From Candidatus Doudnabacteria bacterium (GTDB lineage: Bacteria; Patescibacteriota; Doudnabacteria; UBA920; VMFF01), in contig JAQBQP010000002.1 of NCBI GenBank assembly GCA_028286905.1, forward strand, positions 56,971 to 120,970: DNA of 64,000 bases. Direction: 5' to 3'. The stretch's first letter is position 1, and every line of letters begins with the position of its first letter. Positions 49,688 to 59,455 of the stretch are shown here, piece after piece. The translations under genes and the position numbers were made by a program. Below the pieces are notes generated by a model. The model did no database searches. It saw only the letters and a list, made by a program, of their open reading frames with translations, and was not told where the DNA came from.

Positions 49688-50008
49688 CTAGTCTTGGTCA
49701 GCTTTCTTTTCGGCTTTTTCGCCAAGTTCAACGATGTTTCCTTCGTGAAATAAAACATTTTGCAAAACTGTTTTCCATTCAGGTTTTTGTCGAATTAAAA
49801 ATTCTAAGTCCATACTAAAATGCTTCATTTCTTCAGTTTGAGCATTCTTCATGATTTCTTTGGCATCACTATTTTTTTCGACAGACATTCTTTGTTCGTA
49901 CCAATCAATAGCTTCGGTTTCCTCGGTTAGGCCTTTTATCATCCTAGCAAAAGTTCTTACCGATTCGGAAAGCTCTTCGGGTGGTTCGTGATATTGATCA
50001 AAACCCAT
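49688..50008 (-). CDS. Encapsulin-associated-type ferritin-like protein (start ATG 50008)
   Basis: YHEPPEELS, EETEAIDWYEQR, EEMKH. Confidence 0.88.
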   Translation of the reverse strand: MGFDQYHEPPEELSESVRTFARMIKGLTEETEAIDWYEQRMSVEKNSDAKEIMKNAQTEEMKHFSMDLEFLIRQKPEWKTVLQNVLFHEGNIVELGEKAEKKADQD

Positions 50009-50122
50009 AAAGTTTAAACTTAATGCTTGTCCCTCGATAATAATGGTAGTAGGGTCTTTAGGCAATTGGCTAAATAACTAAAGACCAGTTACAATAAAAT
50101 ATATTAATTTAGGAACAACAAA

Positions 50123-50341
50123 ATGAAAACGATGACTTGTAACCAGCTGGGCGGAAAGTGCGATGTTTCCATTACTGCAGCCACAGCGGATGAAATGATG
50201 GCTAAAGGAATGGCGCATTTAGGAGAAGCGCATCCTGAAATGGCAGCAGATATCAAAAAGATGCCAGAAGATGATCCAATAATGAAAGCATGGTACGCGA
50301 AATTCCTAGCTGACTTTGCAGCAGCACCTGAAGTCGCTTAA
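50123..50341 (+). CDS. DUF1059-like small metal-binding protein
   Basis: MKTMTC.QLGG.CD, H..EAH. Confidence 0.8.
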   Translation: MKTMTCNQLGGKCDVSITAATADEMMAKGMAHLGEAHPEMAADIKKMPEDDPIMKAWYAKFLADFAAAPEVA

Positions 50342-50415
50342 TAGGTCAATTGAACAATATCGAGTCTTTCTGAGATATGCCAAAATGCTTAGGCAATATT
50401 AAGAAAGGTAAAATT

Positions 50416-50565
50416 ATGTTCAATATATTAGATGGTGTGGGTCATGAGTTAAAAGAAGATGCAAAAGATGCAGCGCATGATACAAGCCATGCGGCAAAGG
50501 AAGCGGGTGAGTGGACTAAAGAAAAGGCCAATAATGCTGCTGAAGATGTAAGAAAATCGGTTTAG
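50416..50565 (+). CDS. Small LEA/CsbD-like stress protein
   Basis: AAAGGT SD; A/K/E/D-rich repeats; terminator at 50585-50610. Confidence 0.65.
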   Translation: MFNILDGVGHELKEDAKDAAHDTSHAAKEAGEWTKEKANNAAEDVRKSV

Positions 50566-50669
50566 CAAAATTCAGCACTGAGTTAAGCCGCCGTAAGGCG
50601 GCTTTTCTTTTGTGCAGGTTAAGAAATTAGGCTGGCATTATGTTACAATATCTATATAAAAGGTAAAAA

Positions 50670-51581
50670 ATGATAAGAAATAAAAACAAAGTAATTTTTT
50701 TCACGGCGGTTGTTGTTGTTGATCTATTGTTTTTACTTTGGCTTGCTAGTATTTTAAATTTTTTACCGCATTTGAATTTTGCTCTATTAAACCCCAAAGG
50801 AACTATTGCTCAGCAGGAAAAGAATGTGATCATAACAGCCTTCTTACTGATGTTAATAGTGGTAGTACCTGTTTTAGGGGCGGCTTTGTATGTTGCCAGG
50901 AAATATCGAGCGGACAACACAGAAAATACCGATTACCAGCCAGAATGGGAAGGTGACTTAAAATTACAGATAGTTTGGTGGGTGTTTCCAACAATTATTA
51001 TTATTTGCTTGAGTGTGTTAACGTGGAAGAGTAGCCATGCTGTCGATCCTTTCAAGGCGATTAATTCCCCTAATAAGCCGATCACAATCGAAGTGGTGGC
51101 ATTAAATTGGAAGTGGCTATTTATTTATCCTGAGCAAAATATTGCTACGGTAAATTATGTTGAATTTCCTCAGAATGTTCCGATAAACTTTATCCTTACT
51201 TCCGATGCCCCGATGAATTCATTTTGGATTCCTCAGTTGGGCGGACAAATGTATGCCATGGCAGGGATGCAAACGCAATTACATTTAATGGCAAATGAAC
51301 AAGGTGAATACGATGGTTCCGCAGCAGAAATAAATGGGCCAGGATTTGCAGGGATGCGCTTTAAAGCCAAAGCGACAACTGTTGCTGATTTCCAACAATG
51401 GATTGGATCGGTTCATCAATCAGAAACTAAATTAGACTCAGAAACCTACGCAAAGCTTGCTCAGCCAAGCACAGAAAATGCTCAGGCATATTATGCCGCA
51501 GTGGTTCCAAATTTGTTCGATACGATAATGAAGAATTATATGGCGCCAAATATGAATAATATGCAAATGGATACTAAATAA
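50670..51581 (+). CDS. cyoA: Cytochrome bo3 ubiquinol oxidase subunit II
   Basis: LLNPKG.IA, WKWLFIYPEQ, MNSFWIPQLGGQ.YAMAGM; no CuA motif. Confidence 0.95.
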   Translation: MIRNKNKVIFFTAVVVVDLLFLLWLASILNFLPHLNFALLNPKGTIAQQEKNVIITAFLLMLIVVVPVLGAALYVARKYRADNTENTDYQPEWEGDLKLQIVWWVFPTIIIICLSVLTWKSSHAVDPFKAINSPNKPITIEVVALNWKWLFIYPEQNIATVNYVEFPQNVPINFILTSDAPMNSFWIPQLGGQMYAMAGMQTQLHLMANEQGEYDGSAAEINGPGFAGMRFKAKATTVADFQQWIGSVHQSETKLDSETYAKLAQPSTENAQAYYAAVVPNLFDTIMKNYMAPNMNNMQMDTK

Positions 51582-53549
51582 ATGAGCTTACTTTTCGGAA
51601 GATTAACTTTAGCAGATTTGCCGCACGAATGGTTTACAGTCGGCGGAACCGCGACGATTCTTTTAGGATTGTTAGGCATTGCCGCGCTATTAACTTATTA
51701 CAAGCGTTGGAAGTGGCTTTGGCAAGAATGGTTCACCTCTACTGATCCCAAAAAAATTGGAATTATGTATATTCTTTTTGCAGCGGTGATGTTATTCCGT
51801 GGCGCTTTGGATGCCGCGATGATTTGGGCCCAACAAGCGATGTCAGTAGGTTCGAACCATGGCTATTTAACTCCTGCACATTTTCAGCAAATTTTTACTG
51901 CGCATGGTGACATTATGGTTTTCTTCGTCACAATGGGTTTTTTGTCCGGATTACTTAACTTATTAATTCCGCTCCAAATTGGCGCGCGGGATTTAGCCTA
52001 TCCGTTCTTAAATACTTTGGCTTTCTGGCTTTATGTCGCAGGCGCAATCTTTATAAATTTATTTTTCGTTTTTGGCGGAAACTTTGCCGCTACCGGCTGG
52101 CTGTCTTTGCCGCCATTGTCTGGGTTAGCGTATAGCCCAGGGGTGGGAGTGGATTACTGGATATGGAGTTTGCAAATATCCGGCGTAGGAAGCTTAATTG
52201 CAGGTATTAATTTTATTGTAACAATCCTGAAAATGCGCGCACCGGGCATGACCTTAATGAAGATGCCACTATTTGTTTGGACTTCTTTATGCAGCATGAT
52301 TATGGTAGTTTCGATTTTTCCAATTCTTGCAGCAACTCTTGGAATGCTTTGGTTGGATCGCTATTTCGGCCTGCATTTTTTCACTTCAGATTTTGGCGGC
52401 AACCCGATGATGTATATTAATCTTATTTGGATGTGGGGTCATCCAGAAGTGTATGTTTTGATTTTGCCATCGTTCGGAATTTATTCAGAAGTTGTGGCTA
52501 CCTTTTCACAAAAGAAACTTTTCGGCTACAAATCCTTGGTTGGCGGAGCACTTGGCATTACGGCTTTATCATTCTTAGTTTGGGCGCATCATTTTTTCAC
52601 GATGGGAGCGGGCGCCAATGTAAATGCATTTTTTGGGATTATGACCGGATTTATTGCATTGCCAACCGGGGTGCAGATTTTTAATTGGATCTCCACTATG
52701 TATAAAGGCAGAATTATTTACTCGCAGCCAATGCATTGGTTCTTTGGCTTCTTAGCTACCTTTACCTTTGGCGGTATGGCCGGGCTACTAATGTCTTCAC
52801 CAGCAGCGGACTACGCTTTGCATAATACTTTATTTTTAGTAGCGCATTTTCACACGATGATTATTGGCGGAGCGTTATTTGGAATTTTTGCCGGAATAGT
52901 TTATTGGTTTCCAAAATTTACCGGATTTAAGCTTGATGAGCGTTGGGGCAGGCGTGCGTTTTGGTTCTGGCTAGTTGGATTTTTCCTGTCTTTCGCTCCT
53001 CTATATATGTTAGGTTTTTTGGGTGCGACCCGAAGACTAGACCATTACGATGCTTCAATGGGTTGGCAAGGTTTGTTTATCGTTTCTGCGGTTGGCATTA
53101 CCGTAATTGGAGTTGGTGCTTTGTGCCAAGTAATTCAAATTATAGTTAGCGTTAAAAACAGAAAGCAGAACTTGGATTTAACAGGCGATCCTTGGAACGG
53201 CAGAACTTTAGAATGGGCCACATCTTCGCCGCCACCTGTTTATAACTTCGCAGTAATTCCTACTGTTCAAACACGCGATGCATTTTGGGAACAGAAGCAA
53301 TCTAAAACAATTACCAAACCAGTATACGAAGATATTGTTTTGCCTCGAAATACCGCGATGGGAATGTACGTTTCAGCGTTTGTGTTTTTGGCCGGCTTCG
53401 GGCTAGTTTGGCATATTACTTGGTTAATATTCTTTGGATTAATCGGAACCGTTGTTTGTATTGTTATGCGTGCGCTTGATCAAAATACCGAATATATAAT
53501 CCCTGCAGTGGAAGTAGAACGAATGGAGCAAGTATGGAAAAAGAATTAG
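51582..53549 (+). CDS. cyoB: Cytochrome bo3 ubiquinol oxidase subunit I
   Basis: RGALD, TAHG, GARD, WGHPEVY, WAHHFF, AHFH, TRR. Confidence 0.97.
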   Translation: MSLLFGRLTLADLPHEWFTVGGTATILLGLLGIAALLTYYKRWKWLWQEWFTSTDPKKIGIMYILFAAVMLFRGALDAAMIWAQQAMSVGSNHGYLTPAHFQQIFTAHGDIMVFFVTMGFLSGLLNLLIPLQIGARDLAYPFLNTLAFWLYVAGAIFINLFFVFGGNFAATGWLSLPPLSGLAYSPGVGVDYWIWSLQISGVGSLIAGINFIVTILKMRAPGMTLMKMPLFVWTSLCSMIMVVSIFPILAATLGMLWLDRYFGLHFFTSDFGGNPMMYINLIWMWGHPEVYVLILPSFGIYSEVVATFSQKKLFGYKSLVGGALGITALSFLVWAHHFFTMGAGANVNAFFGIMTGFIALPTGVQIFNWISTMYKGRIIYSQPMHWFFGFLATFTFGGMAGLLMSSPAADYALHNTLFLVAHFHTMIIGGALFGIFAGIVYWFPKFTGFKLDERWGRRAFWFWLVGFFLSFAPLYMLGFLGATRRLDHYDASMGWQGLFIVSAVGITVIGVGALCQVIQIIVSVKNRKQNLDLTGDPWNGRTLEWATSSPPPVYNFAVIPTVQTRDAFWEQKQSKTITKPVYEDIVLPRNTAMGMYVSAFVFLAGFGLVWHITWLIFFGLIGTVVCIVMRALDQNTEYIIPAVEVERMEQVWKKN

Positions 53550-54136
53550 AAAACTTAGCGTTGAAAAATTTTGAAATCGAAAAAGCAGAGAAAGACCATT
53601 TCGGCTTCTGGGTTTATTTAATGACCGATTTATTGTCTTTTGCCGCGGTCTTTGCTGCTTTTGCAGTTTTGAGAAATAACACTTTTGGCGGACCGTCTGG
53701 GAGAGAGTTGTTTAGTTTGCCATTCGTATTAATTGAAACTTTTATCTTGTTAACCAGCAGTTTTACTTGCGGATTGGCAATGTTAGCAGCACAGGACGGC
53801 GATAAGAAAAAAGTTATTACTTGGTTTTCCACAACATTTATATTAGGCGCCTCATTTTTAGTAATGGAATTTACAGAATTTCATAAGCTAATTGTTGAAG
53901 GTAATGGCCCGCAGCGCAGCGGATTCTTAACCAGCTTCTTCGCACTTGTCGGTTTGCATGGGCTGCATATTTTTATTGGATTACTTTGGATGTTTATTGC
54001 AATGGTTATGACCCAAAAGAGAGGTTTAACTATTAAAAGCAAGAGCAATCTAACCCGCTTAAGTTTATTTTGGCATTTTTTGGATATCGTTTGGATTTTT
54101 ATTTTTACTATTGTCTATCTAATGGGGGTTATGTAA
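53534..54136 (+). CDS. cyoC: Cytochrome bo3 oxidase subunit III
   Basis: FGFWVYLMTD, ETFILLTSS, LHGLH, FWHFLDIVW. Confidence 0.95.
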   Translation: MEKELENLALKNFEIEKAEKDHFGFWVYLMTDLLSFAAVFAAFAVLRNNTFGGPSGRELFSLPFVLIETFILLTSSFTCGLAMLAAQDGDKKKVITWFSTTFILGASFLVMEFTEFHKLIVEGNGPQRSGFLTSFFALVGLHGLHIFIGLLWMFIAMVMTQKRGLTIKSKSNLTRLSLFWHFLDIVWIFIFTIVYLMGVM

Positions 54137-54137
54137 T

Positions 54138-54488
54138 ATGCAAACTCATAAAGCCTATATAACCGGATTTTTCATTTCAATCGTACTAACGTTGGCAGCA
54201 TTTGTGCCGGTAATTATTAATGCCCAATCAAATTTTAAAACTTTCTCGCACAACGCTTTAATTGCTTATGTTTTGGTCCTGGCATTTATTCAGCTTTGTG
54301 CGCAGTTAACTTTATTCTTGCACCTTGGACGCGAACAAAAACCCCACTGGAATTTATCGGTCTTCATGGCAACAATTGGTCTAGTTTTTATAGTAGTCGT
54401 TGGTTCGCTTTGGATTATGGCGCATTTGAATTACAACATGACCCCAGATCAGATAAATACTTATATTAAAAACTCAGACGCTTTCTAA
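54138..54488 (+). CDS. cyoD: Cytochrome bo3 oxidase subunit IV
   Basis: YITGF..SIVLT, FLHL, VVGSLWIM.HLNYNM. Confidence 0.93.
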   Translation: MQTHKAYITGFFISIVLTLAAFVPVIINAQSNFKTFSHNALIAYVLVLAFIQLCAQLTLFLHLGREQKPHWNLSVFMATIGLVFIVVVGSLWIMAHLNYNMTPDQINTYIKNSDAF

Positions 54489-54551
54489 GAATATTGCCTG
54501 TTTTTTTTGCAAGGTTTATAATACTATAGATATAATTAGTTAAAAATAATT

Positions 54552-54854
54552 ATGAGTAATGCTGAATCACGCTTTTTTTTAGATCCCTCTCAGGAACAAG
54601 AATGGGACATGAATAATCTAGGCCTAAGAAATCGTCTCCAATGGGAAGTAGCCCATGAGATTCCCTTCTCAAATGACAAAATTAGGGACCTGTGGTTAAT
54701 GCAAAATACAAATAAAATTAGAAGCTTGATAGATGCTGACTTAGATTTTCAATCAGCAATCCAAGGACGAAATTGGGAAGCCGCTAAGAAAGTTATTATA
54801 GATAAATTGGGGCCAAAAAACTTACCTGAACAATCAGGAGAGATAGCGGCTTAA
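54552..54854 (+). CDS. Hypothetical protein
   Basis: 100-aa ORF with upstream TATAAT; no recognised motif. Confidence 0.6.
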   Translation: MSNAESRFFLDPSQEQEWDMNNLGLRNRLQWEVAHEIPFSNDKIRDLWLMQNTNKIRSLIDADLDFQSAIQGRNWEAAKKVIIDKLGPKNLPEQSGEIAA

Positions 54855-54915
54855 ATCAGAATAAAATTCATTATAAAGTATAACTATTGCGATACTTTTT
54901 TATCGTGCATATATT

Positions 54916-54932
54916 CTTCATGATTTCTTCAT
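54916..54932 (+). promoter_or_regulatory. OmpR-type direct repeat
   Basis: CTTCAT-N5-CTTCAT, the same pattern as 36780-36796. Confidence 0.5.
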
Positions 54933-54972
54933 AATGCCGAGTTAGAATGACAAGACTAGTAAGAGAACGAAT

Positions 54973-56886
54973 TTGAAAGAGTTCAGGGCGAAAACAAACA
55001 AATATTTACAGATATGTTCGTTGCCAATTCTGATGGTTGTCTTATTGGTTATTGAAACTTATTTCTTTAACGCTTGGCTAAATATAACGCCGCATTTGTA
55101 TTTTATAAGACGAACCGCCGCCTCTATTGGTTTAGGGACGGTTATTTTTGGACCGGCGCTTTTCTTTAGAAGGCAGGGTATAAAACATTTGTATTTGGGT
55201 TTTGTCTCAACGCTCTTGGCGGTGCTTCTCATATCTCAATTTATTTATTATAAATACTCCGGCGGGTTTTTAGAATTCTCTTCAATTTTTTACGCTAATC
55301 AGGTGAGTGAGTTAGGTGAAACTATTAAGAGCATCCTTACTCCTAAATTAATACTATTTATTACACCAATAGTAGCTATAGTAATTAGTTATTTTTTTTC
55401 GAGACAGCGAGTCAAGCAAAGCTATTTTTTTACAAAAAAAGAATCGATTTATGCGAGCATTCTGGCCCTGCTTTTAATTTGTTTGAGTTATGGAACGCTT
55501 TTATCTCTTGAAAAAAAAGATTGGGGCGATACTTCTCGTTTATACAGTAAGGTTTATGACCTAGGAACGTTGGTAGGAAAAATTGGAATAGTTAATTTTT
55601 ATATTGAAGACGCAATTAAATTTATCAGCCAATCGCATCAAGCATCTGCAGCGCAACAAGATTATATAAAAAATTGGTATGCAACTAAAGCAGAGCCAGT
55701 CAGTTTAAAAGACACTGGAATTGCTAAAGGTAGAAATTTAATTGTGATCCAAGTTGAATCGTTAGAAAATTGGCCGATTGGGGCAACAGTGAATGGTCAG
55801 GAAATTACTCCAAACTTAAACAAATTATCCAGCGAAGGTACTTATTTTGACAATTATTATTCTCAGATCGCAGAAGGGAATACGGCCGATGCAGAATTTT
55901 CAACAATGGATTCGCTTTATCCTTTGCCGGACTCCGTTGTTTTTATTAACCATGCTAACAATCAGATGAATGCTTTGCCTGGGCTCTTGAAAAATAATGG
56001 TTATGATACAGCGGTATTGCATGGCGATGTCGAAACATTTTGGAATCGCTCAAATGTTTATCCGGGAATGGGGTATTCAAAAATATTTAGCCAAGCCGAT
56101 TATACTGTCACTAGACCAGTGGGATTTGACGGATTGGGCGATGCAGATTTTTTTGAACAAAACGTTTCTAAACTTCAAAGTTTACAGCAGCCTTTCATGT
56201 CGACATTAATAACTTTATCATCACATACTCCATTTAAAATCCCGGTAGACCTTCAAACTTTAGATGTAAAAGAAAATGATATTGCGCATACAAATCCTAA
56301 AACCAGTGATACAGGTGATATAAAATTGAATGCGACCCAAGCAGATTATGTCCAAAGTGTAAATTACGCGGATGCGGCGATAGGCAATTTTATCGAAAAA
56401 CTAAAAACGTCAGGTTTATATGACAATTCTTTATTCGTTATTTACGGTGACCACAATGCTTTTATTGGTACTGCTGATTCTGCTGCTAACCATGTGCCGA
56501 TGATTTTAATTGCACCGGGCTTAAACATAACAGGTCTAAATTCGGAACCAGCAAGTCATTTAGATTTGTATCCGACCTTGGCGAACTTATTAGGAGTTCC
56601 AGCTCCACAGATTGTTATCGGACAAGATTTGTTTAATGCTGTTGAGCCGGTGGCAACCCAGAGAAACATTATTACCGGAACAATTAAATTCATTGACTCT
56701 ATAGATAAGAAGTACATTTCATCTTCCGATGGCGAATTTCAAAATGGCGTTTGCCAAACAGTTCCAGAAGAATCGATTTTGCCCGTGGGGGACTGTCAAC
56801 TATTATATAATCAAGAGCAAGAAAAAATAAAGGTCTCAGACATTATAGTTAAATATAATCAGATTAAATTATTATCAAATCAATAA
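54973..56886 (+). CDS. LTA synthase family phosphoglycerol transferase
   Basis: ~5 TM plus sulfatase-like domain: QVESLE, GNTADAEF, FWNR, SSHTPF, YGDH. Confidence 0.9.
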   Translation: MKEFRAKTNKYLQICSLPILMVVLLVIETYFFNAWLNITPHLYFIRRTAASIGLGTVIFGPALFFRRQGIKHLYLGFVSTLLAVLLISQFIYYKYSGGFLEFSSIFYANQVSELGETIKSILTPKLILFITPIVAIVISYFFSRQRVKQSYFFTKKESIYASILALLLICLSYGTLLSLEKKDWGDTSRLYSKVYDLGTLVGKIGIVNFYIEDAIKFISQSHQASAAQQDYIKNWYATKAEPVSLKDTGIAKGRNLIVIQVESLENWPIGATVNGQEITPNLNKLSSEGTYFDNYYSQIAEGNTADAEFSTMDSLYPLPDSVVFINHANNQMNALPGLLKNNGYDTAVLHGDVETFWNRSNVYPGMGYSKIFSQADYTVTRPVGFDGLGDADFFEQNVSKLQSLQQPFMSTLITLSSHTPFKIPVDLQTLDVKENDIAHTNPKTSDTGDIKLNATQADYVQSVNYADAAIGNFIEKLKTSGLYDNSLFVIYGDHNAFIGTADSAANHVPMILIAPGLNITGLNSEPASHLDLYPTLANLLGVPAPQIVIGQDLFNAVEPVATQRNIITGTIKFIDSIDKKYISSSDGEFQNGVCQTVPEESILPVGDCQLLYNQEQEKIKVSDIIVKYNQIKLLSNQ

Positions 56887-57018
56887 AAGTTTAAACACGG
56901 CACTCATTTTTAACAAAAATTTGAGTTTTTAGTGTTAAAAAACACCAATTAAAATCGGTGTTTTTTTGTTCAGTGCAGAGTTAGAATTACTGCCGTCAGA
57001 AAATAGAAATTTTTCTCC

Positions 57019-57501
57019 CTATTTTTTAGCAGCTAGGAAATTATTTAATTTCTCTAATTGCTGAGTAAAGCCAGCTTGCATACCTTCGGCTGCCATTCTG
57101 GCGCCAGGTCCGGTTTTATATATAGCTGCTTTCACGTGTACTTTAGTTTTTCCATTATCTTCAGTAAACGTTATTTCTGTGGTTTGATCTATTGTTGTTT
57201 GTTCTTTCTGTCCTTCAGTCCAAGCTTGGGCATTGTAAAAAAGTTTTGAATTCGGTTCAACAACAGTAAATTCTGCCAGCATTGGCCAGAGAATGCCTTT
57301 ATATGGACCCATTGCTTCTCCTGCTTCCATCACAATATAAAATTTACCGCCAACTCGTAGTTCAACTTCACATTCAGGGATGCTGACGTTATCTGGTCCC
57401 CACCATTGTTTTAACATTTCTGGGTTAGTCCAAGCTTGCCAGATCGTTTCAACTGAGGCGTCGTATGTTTTTTCAAGTACTACTTCTTTAATCGGATCCA
57501 T
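57019..57501 (-). CDS. SRPBCC/AHSA1 domain protein
   Basis: WQAWTNPE.LKQWWGP, LRVGG, GFTQQLEKL. Confidence 0.9.
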   Translation of the reverse strand: MDPIKEVVLEKTYDASVETIWQAWTNPEMLKQWWGPDNVSIPECEVELRVGGKFYIVMEAGEAMGPYKGILWPMLAEFTVVEPNSKLFYNAQAWTEGQKEQTTIDQTTEITFTEDNGKTKVHVKAAIYKTGPGARMAAEGMQAGFTQQLEKLNNFLAAKK

Positions 57502-57848
57502 TATCTTTTCCCTTTCTTATTTTTATTGATTGATTTTAAATATTTATCCAATGAATCGAGTCGGTTCTCCCAAAGTTGTTTATATGTCTCTAAATAGTGG
57601 CTAGCTGTAGCTAGGGTATCTGGAGATATACTAACAATCTGTTCTTTGCCGCGCCTGTTTTTACTAATAAGTTTAGCGCGGTGGAGAACATCCAAGTGTT
57701 TTGCAACAGCAGCAAAAGTCAGCTGATAGTGTATTGCTATCTCGCTTACACTTAAGCTTTTTTTACTAACCTGTTTTAGGATGTCCCTTCTGGTTGGGTC
57801 GCTTAACGATCCAAAGATAGAGTCGAGTTCATTTGTTTGTTCAACCAT
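57501..57848 (-). CDS. ArsR/SmtB-family regulator
   Basis: FGSLSDPTRRDIL, KHLDVL, WENRLDSL. Confidence 0.92.
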   Translation of the reverse strand: MVEQTNELDSIFGSLSDPTRRDILKQVSKKSLSVSEIAIHYQLTFAAVAKHLDVLHRAKLISKNRRGKEQIVSISPDTLATASHYLETYKQLWENRLDSLDKYLKSINKNKKGKR

Positions 57849-57857
57849 ATAGTTGAA
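57840..57857. promoter_or_regulatory. Putative ArsR autoregulatory operator
   Basis: TTCAAC-CATATA-GTTGAA overlapping the start codon. Confidence 0.65.
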
Positions 57858-57936
57858 TGATATATTAAGATGGCAGAGATGTCAAGAGGGTTAAGGTATT
57901 TTGACCCTCTAATCAAAATAAGGGTATACTTGATGT

Positions 57937-58506
57937 ATGAAAAAAATCGTATTATTTTTGCATCAATCCTTAGATGGGTATTGCGCTACTGAAAAGGGTG
58001 AGTTAAATTGGATTCCTTATAATCAGGGGTTTGAGCAGTATGCTGAACGTCTTGTGCAAACAGTTGGATCTCCAATGTACGGACGTGTGACATACGAGCT
58101 GATGAAAAGCTATTGGCCGCAAGTATTGAAGGATCCTGCTGCATCTAAGCATGACAAGGAACACGCGACTTGGCTGGAGAATGTAGAGAAGATCGTCTTT
58201 AGTACCACACCTCTCGAAAAGGATTGGAACAATACAACTGTGATAAGTAGCAACGTCAAAGAAGAGACTCAAAAGCTAAAAGAAGGATCAGGAAAAGATT
58301 TAGTAATTTTCGGAAGTCCTACTCTTGCACGGTCGTTAATGGATATGGGGTTTATCGACGAATTCCGTTTTACTGTTAGTCCTGTGATCCTAGGAAAAGG
58401 TCTAACTTTTATCAGAAACATTGAAAGCAGAACTGATCTTGAACTTTTAAGCTCTGAGACCATAGAAGGCGGTGTAGTCGCATTTCATTATAAAATCTTA
58501 AGGTAA
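57937..58506 (+). CDS. Dihydrofolate reductase-like (RibD C-terminal) protein
   Basis: SLDGY, GRVTYE, KIVFS, FGSPTL, PVILGKG. Confidence 0.92.
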   Translation: MKKIVLFLHQSLDGYCATEKGELNWIPYNQGFEQYAERLVQTVGSPMYGRVTYELMKSYWPQVLKDPAASKHDKEHATWLENVEKIVFSTTPLEKDWNNTTVISSNVKEETQKLKEGSGKDLVIFGSPTLARSLMDMGFIDEFRFTVSPVILGKGLTFIRNIESRTDLELLSSETIEGGVVAFHYKILR

Positions 58507-58609
58507 GGTTCTCGATTTCAAGCCAACAAATAGATTAGATTCAAAAAGTACCCAAACAAGTTGGGTACTTTTTATTTTGACTCCGCATCTTTGATGGCGT
58601 TAAACCTAC

Positions 58610-59380
58610 TTACTGTGCAAAAAACTGGATTAAAGCAGACGCTAAAAAATCTGCTTTCACATTGTGATTCTGGCCTTCAAGCACCCGAAGATTTCCTTTG
58701 GGTAGTACTGCAACGAGATCCTCAGCGGCTTGTTTCATTTGGTTTGAGTCGCCCGTCACAGCCAATGTGGGCACAGCTAAAGTTTTAAGTGTCGTAGGCA
58801 CACTGCCATCTCCAACAATAATAGCATCGTATACGAGAGTGGGCGCAAGAGTTTTCAAACCTCTCCACATCGGTGTGAGACTCATTCCGATGACTATCGG
58901 GGTCGGCAAACCGATCCTCTTAAAGAATAATTTTAAGGCTTTGTTCGGTTGATTTGCGGAAATAAATTTTTTAAGGCCGTCAATATATTCAGTTGCATCG
59001 CTTAATTTCTGCTCGGAAATAAATGGCGCTTCGTAAAGAGCTATCTTTGTGATTCCCGGCAGTTTCGTTGCTGCCAAAAGTGCCAAATTTCCTCCGGATG
59101 AGTTGCCGAAAATATTGGCGGAACCGCCAACTTCACGAATTATGCCTTCAAGGTCTTCGATTTCTCTATCGACTGAATAAGAATTTGTGTCAGTGCTCTC
59201 GCCTCGACCACGTCGATCGTAACTAATCACAGTAAATTTTTCCGCGAGCAATGGCGCAAGCGTACCCATTAAATGATCGGATTTAGTCTGCAAAGCTCCA
59301 CCTACCAGGATAATGATTGGGCCATTGCCGATGCGGTTATAGGCGATTGTAGCGCCGTCTTTCGAGGTTATTTTAAGCAT
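58610..59380 (-). CDS. Alpha/beta hydrolase
   Basis: SKDGATIAY, YDRRGRGES, GNSSGG, YEAP. Confidence 0.9.
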   Translation of the reverse strand: MLKITSKDGATIAYNRIGNGPIIILVGGALQTKSDHLMGTLAPLLAEKFTVISYDRRGRGESTDTNSYSVDREIEDLEGIIREVGGSANIFGNSSGGNLALLAATKLPGITKIALYEAPFISEQKLSDATEYIDGLKKFISANQPNKALKLFFKRIGLPTPIVIGMSLTPMWRGLKTLAPTLVYDAIIVGDGSVPTTLKTLAVPTLAVTGDSNQMKQAAEDLVAVLPKGNLRVLEGQNHNVKADFLASALIQFFAQ

Positions 59381-59417
59381 GGTTATTTCTTTTATGGTTA
59401 TTGTCCACATATTAACA

Positions 59418-59436
59418 TACTTTCATTATGAAAGTA
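59418..59436. promoter_or_regulatory. Putative HxlR operator
   Basis: Palindrome TACTTTCAT-T-ATGAAAGTA between divergent genes. Confidence 0.7.
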
Positions 59437-59455
59437 AATGTGTTAATCTAATTGT

